This document shows, piece by piece, positions 20,745-33,600 of a stretch of 64,000 nucleotides of DNA. The notes beneath the pieces were generated by a model that was not told where the DNA came from, did not search any database, and was given only the letters and a program-made list of their open reading frames with translations. Made by a program: the position numbers and the translations under genes. Every line of letters begins with the position of its first letter. Within the stretch, counting starts at the first letter, position 1. This DNA is from Dictyostelium discoideum (taxonomy: Eukaryota), in contig CM000154.2 in the NCBI GenBank assembly GCA_000004695.1, positions 4,512,001 through 4,576,000 of the forward strand, read 5' to 3'.

Positions 20745-21008
20745 TTAAAATTTAAAAATTTTAATCAGAAAAAATAATAATTGTGTGTGGGGTAACCTAT
20801 TTAAATTTTATTTATTTTGATTCAATTAATTTTTTTTTTTTTTTTTTTAGTGTGTAGACTGACCACATTCACCACTGTTGAAAATGAGATATAAACTGAA
20901 AAAACAATTCAGTCTTTTTAAATTTTACCTGAATAATAAAAACCATTGTTTAAAAACAGGGTGTGGTGGGACGGGTTATTTTTTCTGATTAAAATTTTTA
21001 AATTTTAA
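20745..21008. repeat. Element with perfect 33-bp terminal inverted repeats (20745..20777 and 20976..21008) flanking a 198-bp core that has G-rich blocks; MITE-like or hairpin-forming
   Basis: Left arm ttaaaatttaaaaattttaatcagaaaaaataa is the exact reverse complement of right arm ttattttttctgattaaaatttttaaattttaa. Internal GTGTGTGGGGTAACC and GGGTGTGGTGGGACGGG blocks are unusual in this AT-rich context. It lies about 120 bp upstream of the PKS-B start. Confidence 0.7.
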
Positions 21009-21377
21009 TTAAAATAATTTCGATAAAAACATCATCATTTTTAAAAAAAAATAAAAAAAAATTAATATTATTTTAAAAAAAAAAAAAAAAATCTATTAAA
21101 ATTGAAAAGATTATTATTATATTCTTTATTGAATGATTTATGTGTTTTTTAATATTTTTATTAATAAAGAACATTTTGGTTAATAGTTGAAAAAATGAAA
21201 TGTAATTTATAATAAATGATTATTATTTTTTTTGAAATTTTTTTTTTTTTTTTTTAAAAAAAATCATATTTTCAATTTTAAAGGTAATAAATTAAACAAA
21301 CAAACAACAAACAAACAAACAATAGTGATGGTTCTAAGGATGAAAATAATATAAATGGTTAAAAATTAATAATAATA

Positions 21378-21449
<72 letters not shown>

Positions 21450-21689
21450 CATTTATTAAAAATTATAATAACCAAAATCAATATGACAAAAATAATTTAA
21501 TTTTTAATAACAAAGATAGTAAATATAAAATTAGTTTTAATAAAGAGTTTTCAATTATAAAAATCAAAGAATCAATAATCAATGATTATTTTAAATTTAA
21601 TTTATTTAAAAATAATCAATTAGTTTATAATAGAATTTTAGCTGATATTTAAACTGGCTATTATGATGGGAATCAAGATGAAATTTTAT

Positions 21690-22030
21690 TTAAAATACAT
21701 GAATATATCAAAAGAAAATTCACAACTGTTCTATCAACTACTCATGCTAAACCATCAACCATAACTGTTCCATCAACTACCCATCTGCACTACCAACCAC
21801 TACTGGCTCACCAACTACTCAGCCGCACCACCAACCGCTACTGTTCCATCAAATACTCATGCTGCACCATCAACCACTACTGTTGCATCAACTACCATGC
21901 TGCATCTTCAACCCAACTGTTCCATCGACTACTCATGCTAAACCATCAACCACTACTGGCCCACCAACTAATCATGCTGCACCACCAACCACTACTGGCC
22001 CATCAACTACTCATGCTTCACCATTAAATT
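21690..22030 (+). repeat. Degenerate tandem repeat, about 39-bp unit x about 8-9 (consensus actactcatgctgcaccatcaaccactactg(g/t)(c/t)ccatcaact), Thr/Pro/Ser-rich reading frame with indels
   Basis: Visible periodicity. One frame reads PSTTHA(A/K)PSTTTGPPTNHAAPPTTTGP... but has unit-to-unit indels (for example catctgca versus catgctgca), so it is not an intact CDS. Confidence 0.7.
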
Positions 22031-22535
22031 AATAATAATAATATTAATAATAATAATAATAACAAATAAATAAATTAACAAATAAATAAATAAATAAATA
22101 GATTAATAAATAAATAAATTAATAAAAAAAGGTAAATAAAAAAAAACTAGTTTTAATATATTTGTGTATTTTTAAAATTGTAAACATGTTTTGAAAAAAA
22201 AAAATTATTTTATTGTTTAAATTTGGTTTAAAATTCAAATAAAAAATGATCAACTCTAAAAACGAAACCCTTTTCAAAGAATGATAATTGTTGGACACCA
22301 CTGCTACAATCAATACCATCATTGAGTTGAAAATTACCATTGAAACCAAATTCAAAAAATTCAGTTTGATAACATGTTGGAAATTGACTACTTGATGTGA
22401 AACATTGTTGATTTAAACCTTTATTAATCTTTGAAAAGTCATTTCTATTTGTATCTAAATTTATTTATTAAATATTATATTTTTGCAACAATGAAAACAA
22501 TGATTAAAATAATAAAAAAATAAATATTTTTTTTA

Positions 22536-24338
22536 TTAATTACGTTTTATGAATAAGGCATCAAAAGGTTTACATTGCATTGCCAAACCAACTTCTCCTT
22601 CAACATCAATTGGAATATCAGTTGGATTGACTATTTTAAAATTCTTTAACATTATCACCAAAAATGTAAAAGTCAAAGATTCTGTAAATCTTCCTCCTGG
22701 ACAACCTCTAGGTCCTGTTTTAAAAAAAATAATAATGATGATTATTATTATTATTATTATTATTATAAATTAGTTGTAAATTAAAAAAAAAAAAAATAGT
22801 GGTAAATTTTAATTCCTTTTTAAAATGGTATCAAAACATACCTGCACCAAAATGAAAAAGTCCTTTTTGATATAAAGGTTGATTTTTAAATCTTTCTGGT
22901 TTAAATTCTAAAGCATCTTCACCCCAAAACTCTTTTGATAAATGTGTACCACGAAGATTTTTAATTATCATTGTACCTTTTGCAATTTTATATCCATTTA
23001 CTTCAACATCTTCTGTTGTTTTATTCGGTTCAGTTATTGGTACTGAAGAATTATATCTATATGATTCTATTATTCAAATTAATACAAAATTTATTTTTTG
23101 AAAAAATATATCAACACATATTAATACCAATATATATATATATATGGATAATTACCATTCATTACAGAAATAATATATGGATATTTTGTATGATCAGCAA
23201 ATGATATATTATTTGTATTATTATTTTCATCATTTCTCATGATTTCTTCATATATTTTATCTTGAATTTCAGGTTTATTAATTAATTGACCAATTAAAAG
23301 ACTAAACCCATTGGATGTTGAATCAACTGCTGCAAAAATAATATCAGAAATTGAAAACAAGATTGAATCATAATGAATTGAACCATCTAAATAATTTTTA
23401 TAATAATTCTCAATAATTGGAATATTGTTTAGTTTTGAAGATGTTTCATCAGTAGTTTCATTTTTCAATTCATTTTCTTTTTCATATTTAATTTTAATAG
23501 CATCAAGTTTTATACCTATAAAATCTTTTAAAAAAAAGTAACTAGAAATAATATCATTCTTTGACATTGATTTTATATCTAATGGAAATAAAAATGGTAA
23601 ATAATCAGAGTAAATTAATAATCCAGCAGCTTCAAAAATGCATTTAATCTTTTCTACAATGATTAGAATGGTTTCATCATTCTCTTCAATTCCTAATGTG
23701 AAATTTAATATTAATTTAACAGCAAGAATCCTAATTTGATTTGGTGTATTTTTAACAAGAGTTTCTTTATTATCTTTACAAAGATTACTAAACATTTCTA
23801 AAATAAATTTATTTGATTCTAATCTGCCATTATTTAACTTTCTTGTTGTAATTTCACTTGTAAGAATTCCTCTTAGAACATAATGATAATCACCATTTGA
23901 AGAAATAATGTTATAATCTTTACCAAAAAATCTTGAGAATTTAATATATCTTTCTTTGAAAATTTCTCTATGTTTTTTATTAAAACATTCATCAATAACT
24001 TCAGGCCCTGTTAGAACAACAATTTCAACACTACCCAATCTTAATCTAAAAACTTTGCCATATCTTTCATAGAAATCATTTACACTTTTTGGGAAATCTT
24101 TTGCGTTAATTTGTAATAAATTACCAAAAACTGGAATTGTAGAAGGACCAGGTATTAATTTATTAATTTTTTTAATCCTACCTTCAAATAATAAATCCTA
24201 TTTAAAAAAATAAAAGTATAAGTAAGTGTTTAATTTTTAATAATCAATAATATATATAATATTTTAAAATTTTACTTTTAATATTAATGATAATACTAAT
24301 ATTGTAATTGTTAAAATAATTGTAAATATTGTATTCAT
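22536..24338 (-). CDS. Cytochrome P450 monooxygenase, 4 exons: complement(join(22536..22714,22842..23066,23156..24197,24276..24338)), about 502 aa
   Basis: Minus-strand ATG at 24338 opens a hydrophobic N-terminus (MNTIFTIILTITILVLSLILK), then a Pro hinge (IPGPSTIPVFGNL) after a 78-bp intron. Exon 2 (ORF 23121..24038) has the I-helix AAVDSTS. Exon 3 has ESYR (ExxR) and FKPERF. Heme-binding FHFGAG|PRGCPG is split by a 127-bp intron between exons 3 and 4. Stop is TAA at 22536-22538. Phases are consistent (63+1042+225+179 = 1509 nt). Confidence 0.85.
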
Positions 24339-24584
24339 TGTAATATTATAAAATATTTTAATTGAGAATCTTTTATATTAAAGTTTTTATATTAAAAAAA
24401 AAACTATTTAAATTATAAAATAAAAAAAACCAATAATGTTTTTGTTAAAAACAAATTGATATATTTAAATTTTGGGGAAGTGGGTTAAAATAATTAATTA
24501 TAAAAAAAAAAAAAACCACCAAATTTTTTTTTTTTTTTTCTTTATTAATAATTAAAAAACTTTTTTTATTTCTAAAAACGAACT

Positions 24585-24722
24585 TGAAAACAGTTTAGAA
24601 AACAGTTTTTAATTTATTTTTTGAAACTGTTTAATTTTATTTTATTTTAATTTTAAAAAAAAAACCAAAATAAAAAAATGACCATTGTACCTTTTGTAAT
24701 ATACTTCAATAAACTGTTTTTT
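24585..24722. promoter_or_regulatory. Cluster of four AAACNGTTT palindromic motifs about 250-380 bp upstream of the P450 start (candidate cis-regulatory sites)
   Basis: gaaaacagttt (about 24586), gaaaacagttttt (about 24598), gaaactgtttaa (about 24623), aataaactgtttt (about 24708). These stand out against otherwise featureless A/T runs. Confidence 0.35.
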
Positions 24723-25321
24723 TATTATTTAATTTTAAAAACAAAAATAAAAACAAAAATAAAAATAAAAATAATGAATTAAAAAAAAAAAAAAAAAAAG
24801 TTATAAGATATCTAATTAAGGGTGTAAAAATTTCAGCAATATTTTTTATTTTTATTAATTTTTTTCTGTAATAAATTCGTAAACATATAATAAAAAAGAG
24901 ATATCAAATAGAAACAAAAAAAATAAAAAAGTTTTAACATTTCAAAAAAAGAGAAGTTTAAAATTTAAGGGGGTAAAAAAAACATTTTTTTTTTTTTTTT
25001 TGTAAATTGACAAACACAAAAGCAAACTATACATTAAGTTAAATCTATTAAATAGTTTTTTATATAGAGTCTCGGGGAAATCACCAGATTTCAAAAAAAA
25101 AAATAAAAAAAAATAAAAAAAAACATAATTTTGGGTCAAATAAAAAACAAAAATTTTTTTTTTTATAGTGCGAATTAAAATTAATTATTTGTGTTGAAAG
25201 TAATATCCAAACAATCTAACCTTTTTTTTATTTTTATTTTTTTAATAACTATAAACGTCATCAAATTTTTTATTTAATTTTTTTTTTTATTTCTATAATA
25301 ATATCAAATTTATTTATTTTA

Positions 25322-25400
25322 TTTTATTCTATTTTATTCTATTTTATTCTATTTTATTGTATTTTATTTTATTTTATTTTATTTTATTTTATTTATTTGT
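25322..25400. repeat. (ATTTT / ATTTTATTCT)n microsatellite
   Basis: attttattctattttattct...attttattttattttatttt. Confidence 0.8.
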
Positions 25401-25477
25401 AAAAGAGAAAAGACACAAAATATAGATAATAATAATAAGGGATAGAAATGATGATGATGATGTTGATAGAAATGATG

Positions 25478-26840
25478 ATTTTTTTTTTTTTTTTTTTTTT
25501 GATATAAATAAACTATTGTAGTATGTTATTTTTATTTATTTATTTTAGGTTTTTTAGTTTTTGTGAATTTAAAATGGTATGTTATTTTAGATTAGGTAAT
25601 TAATAATTAATTGGTGGTGTAATTGTTGGAATTGGTTCATTAGTGTTTATGCTCCATTCTTTTTTAAATTTTTTGATTGTTTCGGACCATTGGGTTTCTT
25701 TTTGAGTTTTTGTGAGGTTGTTTTTAATTGAGTATTGGTTAAAGTTTGATAATGTTCTTGAATATTCCAATCTTATTAGCTTGTGCCATTTTGATTTTAA
25801 TATATCATAATCTAGTGTTGTGTTGTTTATTTGGTTGTTCCAATTATCAATTGATTGAGTTATATTGATGTCAAATAATGATTTGCATAACCATATCCAT
25901 ATTTGGTGAATAACTAATGAGATTATGTTCCAATATGCATGTGTTCTGACTAGATCAAGATTTGTGTTTATATAATTCCAGTTGAACCTGTATTTTTTAT
26001 ATTGTGCGTTTTCTGGAAAATGAAAATTAATATTGATAGTTGGATCTGGTTTAAATGCTTTGTTGTTTGTTTGTGGTTTATAAATGAGTGTGTATAATTT
26101 TGTTGTTTGGTTTTTTGTTAATGACCAGTTTTTGTTTCCATTGCAATTTTTATATATAAAATATTTTAATTTGTCGTGGTTTATGAAGTTGATTGTGTGC
26201 TGACAATTGAAAAACAAATGACCATAGGGATCATTATTCATTTCATTGTTGCAAATGGGGCAAACTTTGTTGTGTAGATGATTAATCGGAAGACATCTAG
26301 CATGGAATCTTTGCATTGTATCACGGCCTTTTGGATCTTTTAATTTTTGAATTTTGACAAAAAGTTGGTCGTATGTGTATTTCCATAATAGTTGTATTGA
26401 TTGTTGGTGCGAAGTAAGAAGTAGATCTGAATATTTCTTGCCAATATAGTCTTTTGATTTGCATTGGTGATTGTTGAGTATTGTCGAGTAGATTTCTTTG
26501 AGTGTTGGTGGTAGTGAAATATTATTTGTGTTTAATGTTTGAGAGGTTTGGTTTTTTGTTAATATTGGTTGTAGGGTTTGAACTTTATCTTTTAGATGTC
26601 CAATTTGAGTTGCATAGTTTTCCCATTCTTTTTTGATTTTTATAAGGTATGGAGAAGAGATTGATTTGTTGATGATTTGATCCATCCAACTTATCATGTA
26701 TATTGAATTGTTTGCAGATTTATGCTTTTGTAAAAATCTGTTGTATATCCAAATCTTTTGAGCAACTTGTCGTAATTGTATATTCCACATACCCCAACCA
26801 CCTTCTTTTAATGGTGTTTCAACAAATTGAAACAAATTGA
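25478..26840 (-). mobile_element. 5'-truncated non-LTR (LINE-like, possibly TRE-type) retrotransposon 3' fragment: ORF2 C-terminal region with CCHC motif, 3'UTR and poly(A)
   Basis: Minus ORF 25600..26835 (411 aa) lies in a locally GC-richer block. It contains CPICNNEMNNDPYGHLFFNC (C-x2-C-x10-H-x4-C), typical of non-LTR ORF2 C-termini. The + strand T23 run at 25478-25500 is a poly(A) tail about 100 nt after the stop. The ORF begins abruptly at about 26835, next to a short caaattgaaacaaattgaaaca direct repeat (26819-26840). Confidence 0.6.
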
Positions 26841-27648
26841 AACAAGTTTTTTTAATGTTTAAAAAAGGAATCTCTAAAAATAACCTATATTTAAAAATAA
26901 TAAAATTTTTTAAAATTCCAACTTTTTAAAAATGGTTTTTTTATTTTTTAATTGAAAAAAAAAAAAAAATTAAACCCAATTAAACAAAATTTTTTTTCTA
27001 ATTAATCAAACATGATATTATTTTCTCCAAATTTAAAATATTTTTAAATTATTCCACATCATAAAATGTATACATATGTGTATTTTATTGTGAAAAATCC
27101 CCTTGTTAATGAAGGGAAATTTTTTTTGAAATTTCACTACAAAAAGATTTGGTATGAAAATTTGAAAAAGACAAAAAAAAAAAAAAAATTAAAATTAAAA
27201 AAAATATCTTCACGTGGGAATTTATTTTCAGAAAAACCTTTTTTTTTTTTCATTTTTTATTTTTTTTTATTTTTTAAATTCTTAATAATAAATAAAATGA
27301 CAGTAAAATAAACATAAAAACAAAAACCAAATTTACAGACTTTATTTTTAAAATCCCCAACATGATACCGATTATCTCCAAATTTAAAATGTTCCACACT
27401 ATATAAAAAAAAGTGGTACTTGATAATTTTAATTAATATTCATTTTTTTTTATTGGTTCACCTATTTTTAACTGCTTCTTACTATAAAAAATAATAGTAA
27501 AAAAAAAAGTAAATAATGCAAGTTTCTAAAAAAAAAAAAAAATATAAATTAAAAAAAAAAAAAACAAAATTTAATTTTAAAATTAATTTAGAATTATTTC
27601 TGGTAATAACTAATAGAGATATTCCTCAACTAAAATAACTAAGCACCA

Positions 27649-30600
27649 ATGAATAATTTAGAAATTATAAATTTAATAGATAAAGGTGTTGCAATTGTTG
27701 GGGTGGGGTTTAGAATTCCTTCTGGTAATAATGAAAATTCAATTTGTTCACCAGATGATTTATTTAATAATTTAAAGAATGGTTTTGATGGTGTTAGTAG
27801 TACATCAGAAAGATGGAGTGACAATTTTCATAAATTAGGTGAAATTAGTAGTCCAAATGCAGGTTTATTACCATTTAATGAATGCAAATCATTCGATCCA
27901 TTATTTTTTGGTATTAATCCATCCGATGCTCATCAGATTGATCCTCAACAAAGATTATTATTAAAATGTACATGGGAAGCATTAGAAGATGCATCTATCG
28001 ATCCAATTTCAATTCGTGGTACAAATACTTCAGTTTTCATTGGTTCTTCAAATATTGATTATCAACATATAAATAAACACCAAGACTCAGTTTTAAAAAA
28101 TGTAATAGCACAATCTGCCTATGCTGTTTCAAATAGAATTTCATACTGTTTCGATTTTAATGGTCCATCATTATCAATCGATACTGCATGTTCATCATCA
28201 TTAAATGCAGTTTCTCAAGGTTATCATTCAATATTAAATGGTACTTCCAATATGTCAATTGTTGGTGGTGTAAATTTAATATTAGGTAAGAATTACATTT
28301 AAATATATTATATATAAAATACACTCATTAATTAATTTTTTATTTAAATATTTTACTAGATGTTGGAATGATAAAAGCATATTCGTATTTAAGCATGTTA
28401 AGTAAAACACATGGTAAATGTAAAGCATTTGATGAAAGTGGCGATGGTTTTACACGTGGTGAATGTGCTACTATTGTAGTTTTAAAAAATTTACAAGATG
28501 CAGTTAAAGATGGTAATAGAATTTATTGTGTAATTAATGGCTCAAGTTCAAACGTTGATGGCGGCGGTCATATGGATAAAGTTAACCTTTATTCACCATC
28601 AAAGCAATCACAATTTAATAATATTAATTCAGCATTTAAATCAACCAATGGTAAACTTTCAATTAATGATATTCAATATATCGAAGCACATGGTACTGGT
28701 ACTAAAACAGGCGATCCAATTGAAACTGAAGCAATTTCAATGGCTTTTAAAAATAGAGATAAATCAACACCAATTCTAATTGGTTCAATTAAAAGTAATA
28801 TTGGTCATTGTGAAGCTGGTTCAGGTGTTGCATCATTAATCAAATGTTGTTTAATGTTTAAATATCAATGCTTTTTACCAAATATTCATTTCAAAAATCC
28901 AAATCCATTAATTAAATTCAATGAATGGAATTTAAAAGTTGTAACATCACCAATTCCATTCAACAAAAGAATTAATGAAAAACCAGTTTCAATGATGATT
29001 AATAACTTTGGTGTAACAGGTTCAAATTGTTGTTTACTTATTTCAGAATTTAAAAAACAAGATTATGAATCATATGAAAACAACAACAACAACAAAAGTA
29101 ATCATAAAAATATATTAATACCATTCTCAGCAAATTCATCAAATTCATTAAATCAATACCAATCAAAATTTAAAAATATAATTAATAATCAATTCAATTT
29201 TATTGATTTTACCGCAAATCAAATTTATTCAAAATCAAATTATCTTTATCAAAGATCAGTTGTAATTGCAAGTAATTCAAATGAACTTTTTGAAAAAATT
29301 TTAAATAAAAAACAAATTCAAACTAAAAATTCAATCATTTCGAATATGTCATTCAAAGGAAAGAACCCAATTACAATTTTTGTTTTTTCAGGTCAAGGAT
29401 CACAATATCCTAAAATGGCTTTAGAATTATATAATAATGATGAAATTTTTAAGAAGTCAATTGATTTAATCGATTCAAAATTATCAAAGTACTATGGTTA
29501 TTCAGTATGGGGGAAGTTAACAACGATCAAAGATGATGACTTGACCTCAATACATGATCCAATTTTCGCACAACCAGCACTGTGTATGCTTTCAGTATCA
29601 CTATTTGAAATATATTGCCATTGGGGAGTAAATCCATCATTTATTCTTGGTCATAGTCTTGGTGAAATTTCAGCAGCATATTGTTCTGGAATGATCGATT
29701 TAGATACATTCTGTTATACAGTTTATTACAGATCAATCGCCCAATCTAAAACAAATGGTTGTGGTAGAATGTTATCAATTAATATCAGTGATGAAGAATT
29801 TAAATCAATGTATTCTCAAAAGTATCCACAAATTGAAATTGCGTGTTATAATTCACCTCAATCAATTGTTGTGGCAGGTAATGAATCAATATTAAATGAA
29901 ATTTCGAAAGAATTAAAAGAAAAAGAAATTTTCACTGCAATGTTAGGTTCATTATCATCATTCCATACAAGTAGTCAGCAATGTACAAAAGATAGTATAT
30001 TACAACTAAACATTGAAAGTAATCAACCAAAAGTACCAATATTTTCAACAGTTACAACAAATTTATTTAATGAATCAAATCGATTTAATTCACAATATGT
30101 TTATGATAATATTATCAAACCAGTTAAATTCACACAAACAATTTCAAATATTTATAAACATATCGAATCAAATCAATTAAATAATGATATTGTATTCATT
30201 GAAATTGCACCACATCCAACAATATCATTTTATATTAAGCAAATGGTACCATCAAGTTTAAATGAATCAGTTTCAGTTTATTCAGCACTTCACAAGAAAA
30301 AGAATGATGTCGAAGAGTTTCAACAAACCATTTCAAATTTATATTGTCAAAATGGATATAGTATTAATTTTAAATGTCAATTGGAAAATAAAAAATCAAA
30401 TCAATCAATAAATTTACCACTTTACCAATGGGATGATGAATTATACTTCGCTCAAACTCAAACACTTGAACAATATACAAAAGAAGGACCACCAATCGAT
30501 CATCTTGGTCTATCAAACTCTTATTATTCACCATTTAAAAATTCATATAGAACATTTATTGATATAAATAATAAACCATTCCAATATCTTAAAGGTCATA

Positions 30601-33600
30601 TGGTTAAAGGTAAATACTACTTCCCAGGTTGTGGTTATATCGATATTATTATTCAACTTTATAAAAATCAAGATATTTTTATTAGTTTTATTGAATTTAA
30701 AACACCATTAATTTTAATTGAAGGTATCAATCAATATTTACAAACAAACATTCAACAAACTGGTAAAAGTGAATATCGTGCACAATTTCATTTCAAAGAT
30801 CAAAAATCAAATGAATGGATTCAATCATCAAATGCAAATTTCCAATTATTAGATCATGGTAATGATATACCATCAAATTATAATATTGAAGAAATTATTA
30901 AAAACAAATGTAATTTGAGCAAATTAACAAAGAATGAACTTTATACACAAATAAAATCAAAAACTGGTTTGAATTATACTGGTGTTTTTCAAGGTGCTAC
31001 TGAATGTTATTTAGGTAATGATTGTTCATTATCAGTTTTATCTTTAAAATCTCAAACAAATTCATTTTTAAATATACCAATTTTAGATACATGTTTACAT
31101 GGAATGTTAGTATTAATAAATGATCAAAGTCAAATTGTATTTGATAAAGCCATTGGATTTAAATATTATTCATCAAACATACCATCGGATCTTAAAGAAT
31201 ATAAAGATAGTATTTATGTTTATTCCAATTTAAAACCAAAAAATGCTGATTCATACCATGGATCTATTATAGTAATGTTATCAGATGGTTCAGTTTTATA
31301 TGAAATTCAAGAAGTTATTTTTAAATCATTAATTCCAATCAAACATTCACTTAAAATTGAGTATCCAAATGATGAATTATACAAAGTTCATTTACAATCA
31401 AAAGATTCTCAAATTCCAACGCCATCATCATTCAAATCAATTATTTATGAAAATGATTTCTTCCATTCTGCACTTAATATTCCAGAAGATTTATTCAAAT
31501 ATATTTCAACATTATTTTATAAAGATATTATAAAAAGATGTCCAGAAATTAATATCAATAAAATTAATTCTCATAGTGTTAATGAAATTATTTCAAGTTT
31601 CAGTAAAATTTCAAAAAATCAAAGATTATTTAGATTTGTATTTGAAACAATAAAAGAGAATGGTATTCTTAATAGTTTGGAAGAAAATGATGATGCTTAT
31701 TTCGAATTTAATGAATTAGTTATTAAATCATCAAAAATTATTTCAAAATTATTATTCCCACTAGAAAGTGATAATGATAATGAAGATTTACCTCAATCAT
31801 TATTTCAAAATGGTTTAATGGATAAAATTTATAAATGCAGTTATTTAAGAAAGAAGTATCAAATGATTTCACATGTCATTATACATTCAATTAAAGAGAT
31901 TATTAATAATAATATTATAATTAGAATTTTAGAATTTGGAGGAGGCACTGCGTCATTATCAGTTGAAGTTATTGGAGAAATCGTTGCATTACTTCAAGAG
32001 AATCCAAATTATCAAGTTGAAATCGAATATACATGGAGTGATATTTCACCTGCATTCATAGCAGATGCAAAGAATAAAATCAATAAAATCATTAATGATG
32101 CTGCTATAACAAATGGATTAAATGTTATTTATCGTTCATTAACAATCGATGAATCATTGCTTGAAAATCAAGCAATTAAACCATCATATTATGATTTCGT
32201 TATAATGTCAAATGTTCTTCATGTTGTTAAAAATATTAAACAAGCTGTAGAACAAATGTATCAATTGTTAACACCGAATGGTCAATTGCTATTTATAGAA
32301 CCACCTTATAAATCAGTTCTAATCGATTCAATCATTGGTTCATTTGAACAATGGTGGTCATTCACTGATACTGATATTAGAAAAGATAGATGTGGTATGT
32401 CTCAACAAAGTTGGTATCAATTATTAAAGACATGTAATTTTAAAGACATTTTAATGTCAAAAGAATGCATCTTTGTTGGGTCAGTAATACATGCACAAAA
32501 ACCACCAATTTCTTTATTGAATTCTCAACCAAAACATGATAATATAATTATATATGGTGGTGGTGGTAATTTAAGTTTTGTAGAAAACATCAAATTAGAT
32601 TCAAATTCAAAAAGTTTAATTCAAATTGAAACTATTCAAGAATTTAATCAATTATTAAGTCAATCAACAATTACAAATGATTCAATAATTTATTTCATAA
32701 AAACATTAGAAACATTATCATTGGATAATTATAAACAAATAACTCTTGAATATATTGAAATCAATCAAAGACTATTACAAATCAATAGTTTATGTAAACA
32801 TGTATTAATTGTTAGTGATTCAAGAAAAACTAACTATTTAGCATCATCAGTTGTTGGTGCTGCAAGATACTTTGATGAATTCCAACAATTGAAATTACAC
32901 ACATTAGATTTTGATTATGATTCAACTCAAAATTATATAAATTCAAAAAATAACAAAATGGTTCAATTCATTAATATCTTGGTGGACTCCAAAACAAATG
33001 TTCATAAAGAAATGATTATAATTAATAACAAAGTATATTATGAAATAGTTCAAAAAGAGAAAAATCTAAAACTAAAATACAATTCAGAATCTTTTGAAAA
33101 TCAAAATAATTTAATGTGTTCATTATCACCAAATTTAGAATATCAATTACAATCAAAACAAATTAAATTAAGAGATAATCAAGTTGAAGTTAAAACAATT
33201 GCAACTGGTATCAATTATAAAGATTATTTAAATTTTAGCGGTTCAAATAATAATAATGGTGATGACAATACAGGTTTACCACAATTTGGATATGAATTTT
33301 CAGGTATTATAACAAGAGTTGGTAATAATGTAAAAGATTATAAAGTTGGTGATAATGTATTTGGTTTATCAAATTCTTGTACATCATCCCACATTGTTAC
33401 AAATTTTAAAAATATTCAATTAAAACCTTCAAACATAAGTCATAACGAAGCATCATCAATTCCAATTGATTATTTAACATCATTTATGAGTTTATTTAAT
33501 GTTGGTAGTTTAAATATTGAAGATAATGAATCAATTCTAATTCATTTAGGTAGTGATAGTTTTGGATTATCAACATTTGAAATATTAAAATGGAAAGGTT

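Noticed and set aside
25440-25480. gatagaaatgatgatgatgatgttgatagaaatgatga short direct repeat next to the retroelement poly(A).
   Set aside because: It probably belongs to the element's 3' UTR or is a target-site-adjacent simple repeat. It is too short to interpret.
27066-27311. 81-aa ORF upstream of PKS-C. Similar low-complexity ORFs at 22119..22355, 22549..22773, 22971..23204, 24942..25139, 50776..51059, 57006..57203 and 62620..62949.
   Set aside because: Poly-K/F/I translations of A/T homopolymer-rich intergenic or intronic DNA, with no motifs.
24400-27650. Searched for a tRNA gene as the expected TRE retrotransposon target.
   Set aside because: No GC-rich 72-90-nt stretch with tRNA-like A/B boxes (TRGCNNAGTGG / GGTTCGANTCC) was visible. 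Absence by eye is not conclusive.
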